The notes beneath the pieces are model-generated. The model had not been told where the DNA came from. It saw only the letters and a program-made list of their open reading frames with translations, and made no database searches. Shown here piece after piece: positions 54,127 to 63,746 of a stretch of 64,000 nucleotides of DNA (position 1 is its first letter; each line of letters starts with the position of its first letter). The stretch is from Histomonas meleagridis 2922-C6/04-290x (Eukaryota; Protista; Parabasalia). Location: contig JAANOX010000126.1 in assembly GCA_020184695.1 (NCBI GenBank), forward strand, positions 62,001 through 126,000, written 5' to 3'. The position numbers and the translations under genes are program-made.

Positions 54127-54677
54127 TTATTTCGAACAGCACTTCAAATTGCTATTGAAACAGGAAATGTCGATTTTTTATCATTGTTTTTTGGAACAGA
54201 CGAAACAATTTAAACATTTATTTGACATCTCAACGATTATCTCATAAACGCATTACCCTTGTGGGTTTTTCTTAATCCTAAACCTTTCCAGTGGTAAAAT
54301 TTTACCATTTTCAATACTTTATTTAGTAAAACGATCGTTTTCGAAACTTTTTGTTTATGATAGGAAAAAGTTGACCATATTGACACTTTTTTACCCACAA
54401 AAAACCACTTCACAATTTTTACACAAACCGTAATAACGGATATTTAGGTCACCCCACATCGTAGCGGTTTTTGACATAATGGATTTTTTGGTTGTCAAAA
54501 TATTGCGTTGAAAAAGTATGAGTATAGCGACGGTTATTTCTCTGGGTGCCCGATATTTATGTAAATTATACAAAAAGTGATGTAAGTAAAAGTGAGACCA
54601 TTTCGTACCAACACACAAAAAACATTTATTTAAATTCATTCAATGTTTATTTCATTTTCAATGGATTTTTAATTAAA

Positions 54678-54695
54678 ATTTGGAAATTCCCCAAA
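54678..54695 (+). other. 3' part of ankyrin insert E8
   Basis: ATTTGG with GG at 54682-83. The codon 21 nt later (54705) is the Ile of a QIPL repeat start. Confidence 0.55.
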
Positions 54696-54942
54696 AATTT
54701 TCAAATTCCTCTATAAAAGCTTCTGAAAATGAACATATAGATATAGTTGAATTACTTCTTTTATATGATGGAATAGATATTAATATTAAAGATGTTAATA
54801 TATTTTATAAAATATTTAATTAATAGATGTTATGTTTAAAAACATAACATGGAACTTATTAAAAACGATCGAAACAGCTTTCATTCACGCATCTAAAAAA
54901 GGAAACGTGAAAATTGTTAAACTGCTTGAAAAATACTTATAA
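54696..54942 (+). pseudogene. Ankyrin-repeat fragment (two repeats)
   Basis: QIPL(fs)IKASENEHIDIVELLLLYDGIDINIKDV / TIETAFIHASKKGNVKIVKLLEKYL*. Confidence 0.65.
54797..54864 (+). other. Ankyrin-interrupting insert E7 (68 nt)
   Basis: Lies between DINIKDV and TIETAFIHAS. CATGG with GG at 54851-52, Thr at 54874. Confidence 0.75.
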
Positions 54943-55094
54943 AATTTTGATATGATATACAATTAAAATTAAAGTTCTTGTCTTGAAATAATTATCAAAT
55001 TTTTCTCATTTTTCATTTTTAATGAAACAAATTTTATTAGTTAGTATTTTAAGTTTATGAATTCTTCTTTCATGAACGAAGTAATTAAAATCAA

Positions 55095-55904
55095 ATGCTT
55101 TCTTTTATCTTATCAATGCATTCAATTATTATAAAATTTTATAATAAAACCGTAAAATCAACTTTTATGTTTCTTATAGCTAAAAATAAATCACCACCAA
55201 TATTAGAATGTTATGTTTCAGTTTATAAAGATATAATGACAATCTCAGAATCTTGCAAAATATGTTCAAATTCTATTCTTCAATTTACAAATAAACTTTA
55301 CGAAATGTGGATTTTAGTTATACCAGAAAATCAATTTCAAATCGAACAAATAACCAATTTATTCATACAATTAGCCGAAGCAAACTATCAACTTTCGAAT
55401 TCATTAAAACATGTTTCAGATGATATAAGAGATGTAGTTGAAAGATTTATAATAGTTTCGAGAAAAGAAGAAAAATTTAATGAAGTAAGAGATGAATATA
55501 TTTCAGCTTCGGATGAATTAATAGGAAAAATGGCTGAGAAAAAAACATTAGAAAAGAGAACTGATTATTATAAATATCAAGCTTCTATTGAAGAAAAAAT
55601 AAAACAAGCAAAAGAAGAACAAAATAGAATTAACTTATTATTAAGGGAAAAAACGAAAAGTTTAATTAATGATAAAATAAAATATGAAAAATTTAAGCTT
55701 AGAAAAATCAAAAAAGCTTTTCAACTTTATGGTGAAGCTTTGAATATTTTTGGAATGACTGAACATGAAATCAATGAAAAAATCAATGAGATATTAAATG
55801 GTATGCCAAATTTTGAATTAATAAACAATGAAATTAATGTAATTAGTCAATTCTCACCATTTGATGAGCACATAAATTCACGAACAGATAAGGATTGGCA
55901 TTAA
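55095..55904 (+). CDS. Helical coiled-coil protein, possibly BAR-like
   Basis: Three long amphipathic helices (LSNSLKHVSDDIRDVVERF; KYEKFKLRKIKKAF); family assignment is tentative. Confidence 0.5.
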   Translation: MLSFILSMHSIIIKFYNKTVKSTFMFLIAKNKSPPILECYVSVYKDIMTISESCKICSNSILQFTNKLYEMWILVIPENQFQIEQITNLFIQLAEANYQLSNSLKHVSDDIRDVVERFIIVSRKEEKFNEVRDEYISASDELIGKMAEKKTLEKRTDYYKYQASIEEKIKQAKEEQNRINLLLREKTKSLINDKIKYEKFKLRKIKKAFQLYGEALNIFGMTEHEINEKINEILNGMPNFELINNEINVISQFSPFDEHINSRTDKDWH

Positions 55905-56001
55905 AAATTAGTAAAACAAAACATTTTGTTAAAAAATTAATATTATTCAATAAGAATGAGAAAAATAATAAATTTGAATTCGAACAGACATTGTGAAATC
56001 C

Positions 56002-56006
56002 CCTTT
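56002..56006 (+). promoter_or_regulatory. M5-type CCTTT upstream of MCT-1
   Basis: CCTTTGAACATG, 4 nt before ATG 56011. Confidence 0.55.
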
Positions 56007-56010
56007 GAAC

Positions 56011-56541
56011 ATGTTCAACAAGTTTACTGTTGATAAAGTCAAACGACGGGCCAATCTTAAGACATCGCTTGTAGTAAAGCTATGTACTTCTGCAACAAAG
56101 TCGATGCCTCGTTTTAACGAAATTAAAAACGAAGTTTTTCCGAAAAAACAACCTGTTATTATTCATCATCTTGAAAATCGTGTAATGTTATATTCAGCAA
56201 AAGGAACCCCACTTTTAATAGAACTTGATGACGGCACAATTTTTCCTTTTCTCAAAATCGCAATAGAATATCCGGGTTTACTCAAACCAGTTTTTTGCTA
56301 TGATGAAGCAATGAAGGCTCTCCTTAGAGGTGCTAATTTAATGGCGCGTGGAACATGGCTTGTTAATGAAAAATATGAAAAAGGAGAAATTGTAGAGATT
56401 TGTTTGGTTGGCCTTCGAATTCCATTTGCAATTGGGATTATGTTAATGAGCAGCGAAGAAATTGCTGGAAGACCAGACGGAGCTGCTGTTAAAGTTCTTC
56501 ATGTTTTGAAAGATGGATTATGGGAAGCAAAAAATTTATAA
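56011..56541 (+). CDS. MCTS1: MCT-1/Tma20 PUA-domain translation reinitiation factor
   Basis: MFNKF start, IFPFLKIAIEYP, LLRGANLMARG, VLHVLKDGLW. ATG is 56011; 55993 is GTG. Confidence 0.85.
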   Translation: MFNKFTVDKVKRRANLKTSLVVKLCTSATKSMPRFNEIKNEVFPKKQPVIIHHLENRVMLYSAKGTPLLIELDDGTIFPFLKIAIEYPGLLKPVFCYDEAMKALLRGANLMARGTWLVNEKYEKGEIVEICLVGLRIPFAIGIMLMSSEEIAGRPDGAAVKVLHVLKDGLWEAKNL

Positions 56542-56571
56542 AATTGTATAATAATAAAGAATTATTACCTT

Positions 56572-56910
56572 TTACTCTTGCTTTTCCTTGATCATTTTGA
56601 GGATTTCTGATTCACCAGCATCGATGATTGTAATGACTGATGAGCGGAAGTATTTTCCACATGCTGTGCCAAGATCAACATTATCACCATCAAATGGGAG
56701 AATATCACATTGGCAGAGCATTGCATAATACTCTATAAGGGATTTCTGTGTTGGTGCAATATTTGATGCAAAAATAACAAGCTTTGCTTTTCCTGATCGA
56801 AGTGTCCTTAAAGTCTGTTCAATACCGAGAGAGTATTTACCTGACTTTGTAACAAGGCTAAGACTGCTGATGATTGATTCACGGGCTTTGGTTATGTTTT
56901 TCCTTCCCAT
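56572..56910 (-). CDS. RPL30: 60S ribosomal protein L30 (eL30)
   Basis: LSLVTKSGKYSLGIEQTLRTLRSGKAKLVI and LGTACGKYFRSSV. The ATG at 56910 follows an M5 motif. Confidence 0.95.
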   Translation of the reverse strand: MGRKNITKARESIISSLSLVTKSGKYSLGIEQTLRTLRSGKAKLVIFASNIAPTQKSLIEYYAMLCQCDILPFDGDNVDLGTACGKYFRSSVITIIDAGESEILKMIKEKQE

Positions 56911-56916
56911 TTGGAA

Positions 56917-56942
56917 AAAGGTTGACCATGTCATAACCGTTA
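56917..56942 (-). promoter_or_regulatory. M3-like AACGGTT plus M5 CCTTT upstream of RPL30
   Basis: Minus strand reads TAACGGTTATGACATGGTCAACCTTTTTCCAAATG. Confidence 0.65.
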
Positions 56943-57328
56943 TTTTTATTCAAATCCACTTTTTAACTACATGACATTTGAAATCTTTATACAAAAGTGA
57001 CGGCACAAATAAATTTGTTCTCGCAAATAAAATGTTGATCAAAACTAACTATTAAATTGATAGTTTTCGATGTAAAAGATCTGCTAAAAAGATTTTTAGT
57101 TTCAGCAAAAGGTGTGGACTAGAAATTTCTAAAAATCAAGATTTAAAGCATAGTTCTCATTTTATACATACATAAAATATTATTAAAATTATATTAGTGA
57201 AATATAAATGGAAGTCGTCCACACCTTTTTCAGCACTAATAAATTTCTAAATTAGTATCCAAGATATATATTTATTTAATCGACAAATGATTATTATAAA
57301 ACAAATCTCAGGAAATTCAAATCTTTTC

Positions 57329-58933
57329 TCATTTCCTTCTTCGGTTATTATTATTATTATTATTATTAGTTCTTCTTCTTTGATTATTATTTGTTCCTTT
57401 TCTTTTTCCTCCTTTATTACCGAAGTTTACATTTTTTCCATTAACGGTGAAATGGACGTTTCCGCCTCCCATTCCGCCCATCATTTGCTTGATGATATCA
57501 TCGAACATACCGAAACCTCCGAAGCCGCCAAAACCGCCAGGGAACCCTCCTCCGAAGTTAAACGTCTCCCCGTTAAAACCGCCGTCTGGTCCGGGGCCCC
57601 CCGCCATTGGGTTTTCTGGGTCCTGTCCCATATCGTACAGCCTCTTCTTGTTTTCGTCACTGAGGACATCGTTCGCTCTATTGATCATTTTCATTTTCTT
57701 TTCTGCCTCTTTTTTCTTTATCGGATCCTTATATCGATCTGGATGCCATTTAATGACACATTTCCGATATGCATCTTTGACCTCTTTAATGCTGGCGCCA
57801 TGCTTCAATCCTAAGACTGTGTAATAGTCAACGTTCTTTTCTTTCTCTTGAAGATCGGAAACTTTCTCAATGAGTTTGATGACTTTGCGGTTGTTCTTGC
57901 TGTTCTTTCGCACAGTTTGGAAGTCTGACATTGCGCCATCTAAGTCGCCAATGTCCATCAAAAGTTCGCCACGTTGCATCAACAAATCATAATTAGTCGG
58001 AGAGGCTTTGACAAGATCATTCATATAACTAATGGCTTCTTCTTTTTTACCACGAGCTATAAGAACTTTGACTTTAAGACCTTTGACAATGTTAGATAAT
58101 GGTGTATCATTGAATCCTAACTTTTCAACAATGGAATTACACTCTGTAATATGCGTCTCGGCAGTGGTGAAGTCCTTCTTCGTAATGGATTCGGTGGCAG
58201 ACTTTTGATGTGTTTGGAATGAATTTGACGATTTTAATAATGAGGTACATTTGGCAGGATTGGAGGCTGAGCCAATGCAGGACTTAAGAAAACGTTGCGC
58301 ATTAGTGAAATCGGCTGTAGAAAGATAGTACTTACCACGAAGTTCAAGAACGTATGGATCATTCTTCTTTAAAGTAAGCGCCTTTTGAGAAAGGTCAAGA
58401 AACTGTGAGGTGTTGCCAAGGTTGTAAGCTACGTTGGCAGCACGACCATAAAATTTGGAAGAAGATGTACAGAATCGTAATAGATCAAGATATTTGGAAA
58501 GAGAAAGTTTGTAGTTAGTTGAATTTTCGTTGTCAAGGGCTGCGTTAAGAAGGAGTTGAGCTTTCTTGACTTTGTTTTGGAAAGAAATATCTTTGCTATT
58601 ATCTGCATCAGATTTTGCTTCATCTAGCTCACCTAAATTAAGATATGCTTCACCGCGTGAAACGTATGCGTGTTTCAAGGAATCTGCTGTATACTTGTGT
58701 GAGGCAATATAACGAGAAATGTCTTTGATACAATCATCATATTTTCCAATTTTAAGGGCTGCTTGACCTCTAAGGAAGAAAAGCTCTTCTTCAGCATCAA
58801 GGGTTCCCTGTTTAAGAATTTCTGAATTAGCCTCATTAAATGCAGCTTGGTATTTTCCTTGCTTTATCTGCTTCTTTATTGACTCTATTTTGCTCAATGA
58901 ATTAACATTGAGTATCAACAAAGATAGTAACAT
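57329..58933 (-). CDS. DNAJC3/P58IPK-like ER co-chaperone (signal, TPRs, J domain, Gly/Phe tail)
   Basis: Signal peptide, multiple TPRs, DYYTVLGL...KWHPDRY J domain. Confidence 0.85.
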   Translation of the reverse strand: MLLSLLILNVNSLSKIESIKKQIKQGKYQAAFNEANSEILKQGTLDAEEELFFLRGQAALKIGKYDDCIKDISRYIASHKYTADSLKHAYVSRGEAYLNLGELDEAKSDADNSKDISFQNKVKKAQLLLNAALDNENSTNYKLSLSKYLDLLRFCTSSSKFYGRAANVAYNLGNTSQFLDLSQKALTLKKNDPYVLELRGKYYLSTADFTNAQRFLKSCIGSASNPAKCTSLLKSSNSFQTHQKSATESITKKDFTTAETHITECNSIVEKLGFNDTPLSNIVKGLKVKVLIARGKKEEAISYMNDLVKASPTNYDLLMQRGELLMDIGDLDGAMSDFQTVRKNSKNNRKVIKLIEKVSDLQEKEKNVDYYTVLGLKHGASIKEVKDAYRKCVIKWHPDRYKDPIKKKEAEKKMKMINRANDVLSDENKKRLYDMGQDPENPMAGGPGPDGGFNGETFNFGGGFPGGFGGFGGFGMFDDIIKQMMGGMGGGNVHFTVNGKNVNFGNKGGKRKGTNNNQRRRTNNNNNNNNRRRK

Positions 58934-59383
58934 TAAAAAAAAATGTTTTTATCTGGCCAAACAACGACGGTTTTTTGGTGATTAATATAAAAGAAAAAGT
59001 TATTGGAGGAACCGTTTGTTTCACAAAAAGTTCATTATTGAAAAAGGGTTTTGTATCCTGAAGATAATTTCATAATCTTTGGCCAAATCCTTATGAACGA
59101 TGTGTCCAAATATGAATTCGAGTAAAATCTAATCGCAAGATTTTAAAAATATTCAAATATATTATGTCAGTATTGTTTGGTAAAAATTTTGTGATAATGA
59201 TAAATCAAATTGCACACAATTTTTATATGAGATTTAAAAAAAAAAAAATAACAAGTAAAAACAAACATTAAATTGTTGTTCGATGATTATAATTTATTTT
59301 ATCATATCGAAAAAAATTTATATTTGGTTCAGAATAAATAATAGACCATGATTTAGTTAATAAAAGGACTATGATTATTCGTA

Positions 59384-60733
59384 TTACGCGTGTTGCCAAT
59401 TGGTGAAAATAGGGCTTTCTTTAATCATTGAATGTCGATTGAAATGAGGAACAACAGATGTTCTTCTTGCAGCAATTTGTACTGGAGTAGTAGGCTTCAA
59501 AGAAGATCTACTTGCTGATTTTTTTAATGGTGGTGAATGTTGTGCTTGAGCATCATTGAATTTTGTTGATCTAGCAGAATTTGGTCTTAAAGTTGAATAC
59601 TGTGCTTCTGCGAATGGGTTTTCTCTTTGAATGTGAAATTCGTCTGCAGTTTTTGTTAAATTTGATGTTCTTGATAATACTAAAGACGCACGTTTTCTTC
59701 TTGTTGGTTGGCTAGCAAATGTACCTGCAAATATATCATTGATATATTTTTCCTTTAACGATGCTTTTAATGACTGATAAACTTTCCTTTCGAATCCGAA
59801 CACACCCCTCTCAATTTGCTCGTTTAACGGTTGCTCGAGATAACCGTCGTCCAAAAAAGTGGCCAAAACATATTTTGCCAAATTTGACTTTTCTTTGCCG
59901 AGTTTTATGATGACAAAATATTCTGTTAGCGAGAACCATGGGTGGTGTTTAATTCCTTCTGTTGATATACGTGCGAGTGGATTCTTTTTGAGCATTTGAT
60001 TAAGGAGATCAACAATTTCATTGCTTAATGTCATATCAGATGGAAATTGTAAATTCGAATATTTGATTTCTTCTGCTGTTTGGTTTTGATCCTTCCCATT
60101 AAATGGTAAATGACCTGTGACCATTTCATATAAAATAATTCCTAAATTCCAATAATCGGATTCTTTGTTGTAACCTTGCTCTTTTAACATTTCTGGTGGT
60201 GAGTATTCTGTTTTACCGCAAATTTCTTGGAAAATTTCATTTTCATCTTCATATAAGTCAGATTCGCTAAAATCAAAAAATCTGATGTTATTGTTAGCAT
60301 CTAGCAGAATGTTGTCAGGGCTGATGTTCCTGATGATTACCTTAAGCTTGTTATGAAGATATTCAATAATGACAAATAATTCACAAAAGAAGTGACGAGC
60401 ATCAATTTCAGAAAGATGTATGTTTTCTTTGATATGTTGGGATAGGGTACGAGTTGGTAAATTTTCTTGGCATATATAATAATTTGTTTTATCTTCAAAA
60501 CTTGTAATGTAAGTAGATATCAATGGATAACTTGCTCTCTTTAATATGCTTATTTCTTGGTTAACTTTAGCAGCGAGCAAGTTTGGATTTTTGACATTTT
60601 TTGGTATGACTTTGATTGATACTTTATTATGGGTTTCTTCATAAATTCCTGACCATATGACTGCATTTCCTGTTTCAAAAGATTTTTCCGTGAATGTAAT
60701 ACCGCTAATACTTTTACCTTTTAAATTTTCCAT
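59384..60733 (-). CDS. CAMK-family probable pseudokinase
   Basis: VSIK, catalytic loop IRNISPDN (HRD Asp lost), DFS replaces DFG, GKTEYSPPE, DYWNLG. Confidence 0.8.
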   Translation of the reverse strand: MENLKGKSISGITFTEKSFETGNAVIWSGIYEETHNKVSIKVIPKNVKNPNLLAAKVNQEISILKRASYPLISTYITSFEDKTNYYICQENLPTRTLSQHIKENIHLSEIDARHFFCELFVIIEYLHNKLKVIIRNISPDNILLDANNNIRFFDFSESDLYEDENEIFQEICGKTEYSPPEMLKEQGYNKESDYWNLGIILYEMVTGHLPFNGKDQNQTAEEIKYSNLQFPSDMTLSNEIVDLLNQMLKKNPLARISTEGIKHHPWFSLTEYFVIIKLGKEKSNLAKYVLATFLDDGYLEQPLNEQIERGVFGFERKVYQSLKASLKEKYINDIFAGTFASQPTRRKRASLVLSRTSNLTKTADEFHIQRENPFAEAQYSTLRPNSARSTKFNDAQAQHSPPLKKSASRSSLKPTTPVQIAARRTSVVPHFNRHSMIKESPIFTNWQHA

Positions 60734-61350
60734 CCAGAAAAGAAATGAGTTAACCCATTCAAATTATTTTCCCATAAATAACAAGAATATTTCGACTTTT
60801 TCAATCGCAACTTATGGGTAAACTGACTTTTAGAGAAACCCTAACGTGATTTTCACTGCTTTCTTCTGTGTAATCACTTTTTCAATCAATTGAAAAATGT
60901 GAAATAAAATGCATTCAAAAAATTGTGTTCTGAGAGTTCGATGAAGTTTTGTTGAAAAACAAAAAGAATTCATTCCAATATCTACGGAAACTAAGTTCCC
61001 ATAAAACTGAATGGACGCAAATTGTTTGCTTTTTGGGTTAATCTAAATGGAAAGATATTTTTAGATATCAATTAAAACTTAAAGACCAAATGGTACAAGC
61101 TTGCGATTTTTTGTTTTCAATTCCTTTTTTTTTTGCATATAAAGTAACTTTATATACATCAATTAATTTCAGAAGTTATTAATCATATAATTAAAAAATG
61201 AAAAAAAAAAAAAAAAAAAAAATCCTTTAAGTAAATGTATTAAGAAAATAAATGAAGCACATTCTTTAAAACAATTATATGTGCTTGGGAGATTATTGAG
61301 TTTTGATCATAACAAGTTTTTGGAGCACGTTAACTTAAAAATCTTGTAAA

Positions 61351-61941
61351 ATGAATTCAAATGGAACACTTACAAAAGAAATGATATTACAAAAAACCAA
61401 AAATACTAAGCTAGAAGATGTAAAGAATATTTCATTCTGGGGATTAAAACTTACTAACATTGATATAATTCGTTCTATTAAAAATGTTGAATCAATTGCT
61501 TTATCTGCAAACAACATAACTTCGCTGGAAGTATTTCAATATTGCTCAAAGCTACGTGAACTTTTCTTAAGGAAGAATCAAATATCTTCTTTATCAGAAT
61601 TAAAGTATCTTCAGAAATTAAAGAATCTGCGAACACTTTGGTTAACTGACAATCCCATTACAAAGCAAAATGACTACAGATTATTTGTTATTTCAACTTT
61701 ACCACAAGTAACAAAACTTGATCAAATTGATATAACTCCAGAAGAACAAGCACAAGCTAAATCCAAGTTTTCTAATCCTACTCGCGAGGTTAAAAAAGAG
61801 ACTGCAAAACCCAATCCAACACAAGTTTGTATATTGCAATCGATATCACATCTTTTACCTGCATTAGATGAAGCGTCATTAAGCATTTTGAGTGATAAAA
61901 TTTTGGAAGTTAAAAAAGAAAAGCAGAAAAACTCTTTATAA
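61351..61941 (+). CDS. CFAP410/C21orf2-like leucine-rich-repeat protein
   Basis: VKNISFWGLKLTNI, LRELFLRKNQI, LRTLWLTDNPI...YRLFVI LRR cap. Confidence 0.8.
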   Translation: MNSNGTLTKEMILQKTKNTKLEDVKNISFWGLKLTNIDIIRSIKNVESIALSANNITSLEVFQYCSKLRELFLRKNQISSLSELKYLQKLKNLRTLWLTDNPITKQNDYRLFVISTLPQVTKLDQIDITPEEQAQAKSKFSNPTREVKKETAKPNPTQVCILQSISHLLPALDEASLSILSDKILEVKKEKQKNSL

Positions 61942-61956
61942 AACAGTAATCTATGT

Positions 61957-62733
61957 TCATTTGTTATTTTGGTTATTTTTGTTGTACATATCCGAAGCAG
62001 CTGTAACTAATTTCTTGAAGCTTTCAAGATAAGCCACAGGTTTTGGTGGAGAATCTTCTTCAATATTGGTTTCATCACCAGGTGGAGTATCTTTAATTTC
62101 TTCATTAGGCTTTGGTTTATTGGTTTGAGTTTGAGCTGGGGTATCTTTAATTTCTTCATTAGGCTTTGGTTTATTGGTTTTATCACTTGGAAAATTATCT
62201 TCTTGATCAAATGAAAATAATGATTTTTGAAAGGTTTCTTTCTTAATCATCCTAAGGCCATATGGATTAAGGGAGTCAGGTAGGACATGCTTATATTCAA
62301 GTATATTTGTTGATTTTTGGCTTGTTTTATTTTCGATATTACGGACTTTTGAAATTTGGTCTTGATCATCTGGACTTTCATTGGATAAAATTTGGCTGTT
62401 ACCTGATTGCTGAAATAGTTCTTTGTGATTGAAGATTTTATGATATATATCTTTTCCATTCGGATCATAAAGTCGAACGATATTATTTGAGACAACTTCT
62501 TGATCCTTTTCGAAAATAAGTTGCTTTAGATTTAATATAATGTCAAATATTGTTTTGAATATACTTTCTTTTTTATCTTTACTTTCATCTGTTGTTTGAG
62601 TTTGATTTGCATCATTCCTAGACTTTAATCCAGAAATAATTAACCTGACACCGAAAAATATCATTCCAATAGAGAGAAATGCAAGAAAAGTTAACAGGTC
62701 TCCATCCATTAGATGGTCAAAAGTTGGAAACAT
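61957..62733 (-). CDS. Hypothetical single-TM protein
   Basis: N-terminal TM (LLTFLAFLSIGMIFFGVRLII) and an acidic tail. ATG at 62733. Confidence 0.6.
   Translation of the reverse strand: MFPTFDHLMDGDLLTFLAFLSIGMIFFGVRLIISGLKSRNDANQTQTTDESKDKKESIFKTIFDIILNLKQLIFEKDQEVVSNNIVRLYDPNGKDIYHKIFNHKELFQQSGNSQILSNESPDDQDQISKVRNIENKTSQKSTNILEYKHVLPDSLNPYGLRMIKKETFQKSLFSFDQEDNFPSDKTNKPKPNEEIKDTPAQTQTNKPKPNEEIKDTPPGDETNIEEDSPPKPVAYLESFKKLVTAASDMYNKNNQNNK
62087..62180 (-). repeat. Two identical 40-nt copies (period 54) encoding TNKPKPNEEIKDTP
   Basis: 62087-62126 equals 62141-62180. Confidence 0.9.
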
Positions 62734-63179
62734 GACCACAAAACAACCGTATTTCTTCCATTCAAATTATCAGAAAAAGTGAAACTACATTATTTTTTCT
62801 TTGTGATTTATTGCAAGATTTAAGAATGATTAAAACTATTTCATTTAAACATTCTTAAATTAAGTATTGTTAAGTTCATGCATTTAATTATTTTTCATTT
62901 ATTCATTCATTTAATTCGATTTTTTTGTTTGAAGAATGGGTCCCAATTTGACCTTGAAAAAATGGCGCCAAAAATAAACAATAATTATTTCAAAATACTA
63001 TCAATATCAACAATTTTATTTTGTATAATATATGTTAAAAATTGTATTTTTATTAAATATATTAGAATAATAATAGTTACTATATATTTATCAAGATATT
63101 ATAATTTTAATATTAAACGGTTAAATTAAATAGAATAAACTTTACAATAGTTGAAAGTTATATTCCGCGCCAAAAACAA

Positions 63180-63746
63180 ATGGATTTTAGTACTCTGGAC
63201 CAAGCCCGACATTGGGTCCGTCAAGGACATGAAGATGTAGATAATGCAAAAAGGCCACCAAATGCCTTTATTTTATATTCTCAAACAATGAGAACATCTG
63301 TTCGACAAGAAAATCCATCATTATCTAATATTGAAGTTTCACGAATTCTAGGAAAGATGTGGAAAGAGGTTCCTAGTGAAACAAAACTACAATATAAACA
63401 AAAGGCACAAGTTCTTCAGGAAGAATTCAAAAAAGACCATCCAAATTACACATACAGAAAAGCTAGAAGGAAGAAGGAATTAAATGAGTTACTCACAAAG
63501 AATGCTAGCTTTAACTCAATGGATCCTCCATTTGCTTATCCTCCAATGATGGCATATTATCAACAAAGCCAGCCAATGATGCAAATGCAAGGCTATCCAA
63601 TGCAAGGTCAGCAGATGCAGCAAATGCCACAAATTCCTCAGATGACTGATCAAAATGTTCCTCAACAACAGGCTCAAATGCAACAAAATCTACCATATCA
63701 AACACAAATGCAATATCCGCAGCAGAACATGTATGGTATGCAATAA
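63180..63746 (+). CDS. Sequence-specific (SOX/MATA-type) HMG-box protein with Gln/Met-rich tail
   Basis: KRPPNAFILY...NIEVSRILGKMWKE...KDHPNYTYRKARRKK. Confidence 0.88.
   Translation: MDFSTLDQARHWVRQGHEDVDNAKRPPNAFILYSQTMRTSVRQENPSLSNIEVSRILGKMWKEVPSETKLQYKQKAQVLQEEFKKDHPNYTYRKARRKKELNELLTKNASFNSMDPPFAYPPMMAYYQQSQPMMQMQGYPMQGQQMQQMPQIPQMTDQNVPQQQAQMQQNLPYQTQMQYPQQNMYGMQ

Larger units (their letters stand above)
53581..54212 (+). pseudogene. Internally deleted DUF3447-family ankyrin gene (N-terminal domain + two repeats)
   Basis: N-terminal ORF resembles the 34502 N-terminus (ESFYLLEMFFK vs RHYFLYCLFSK), then FETALKIAIS...DINIEDV and RTALQIAIETG...*. Confidence 0.6.

Noticed and set aside
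22249-61222. Poly-T (~22249-22265) and poly-A (~61201-61222) runs as retroposon tails
   Set aside because: No adjacent element body or target-site duplication seen.
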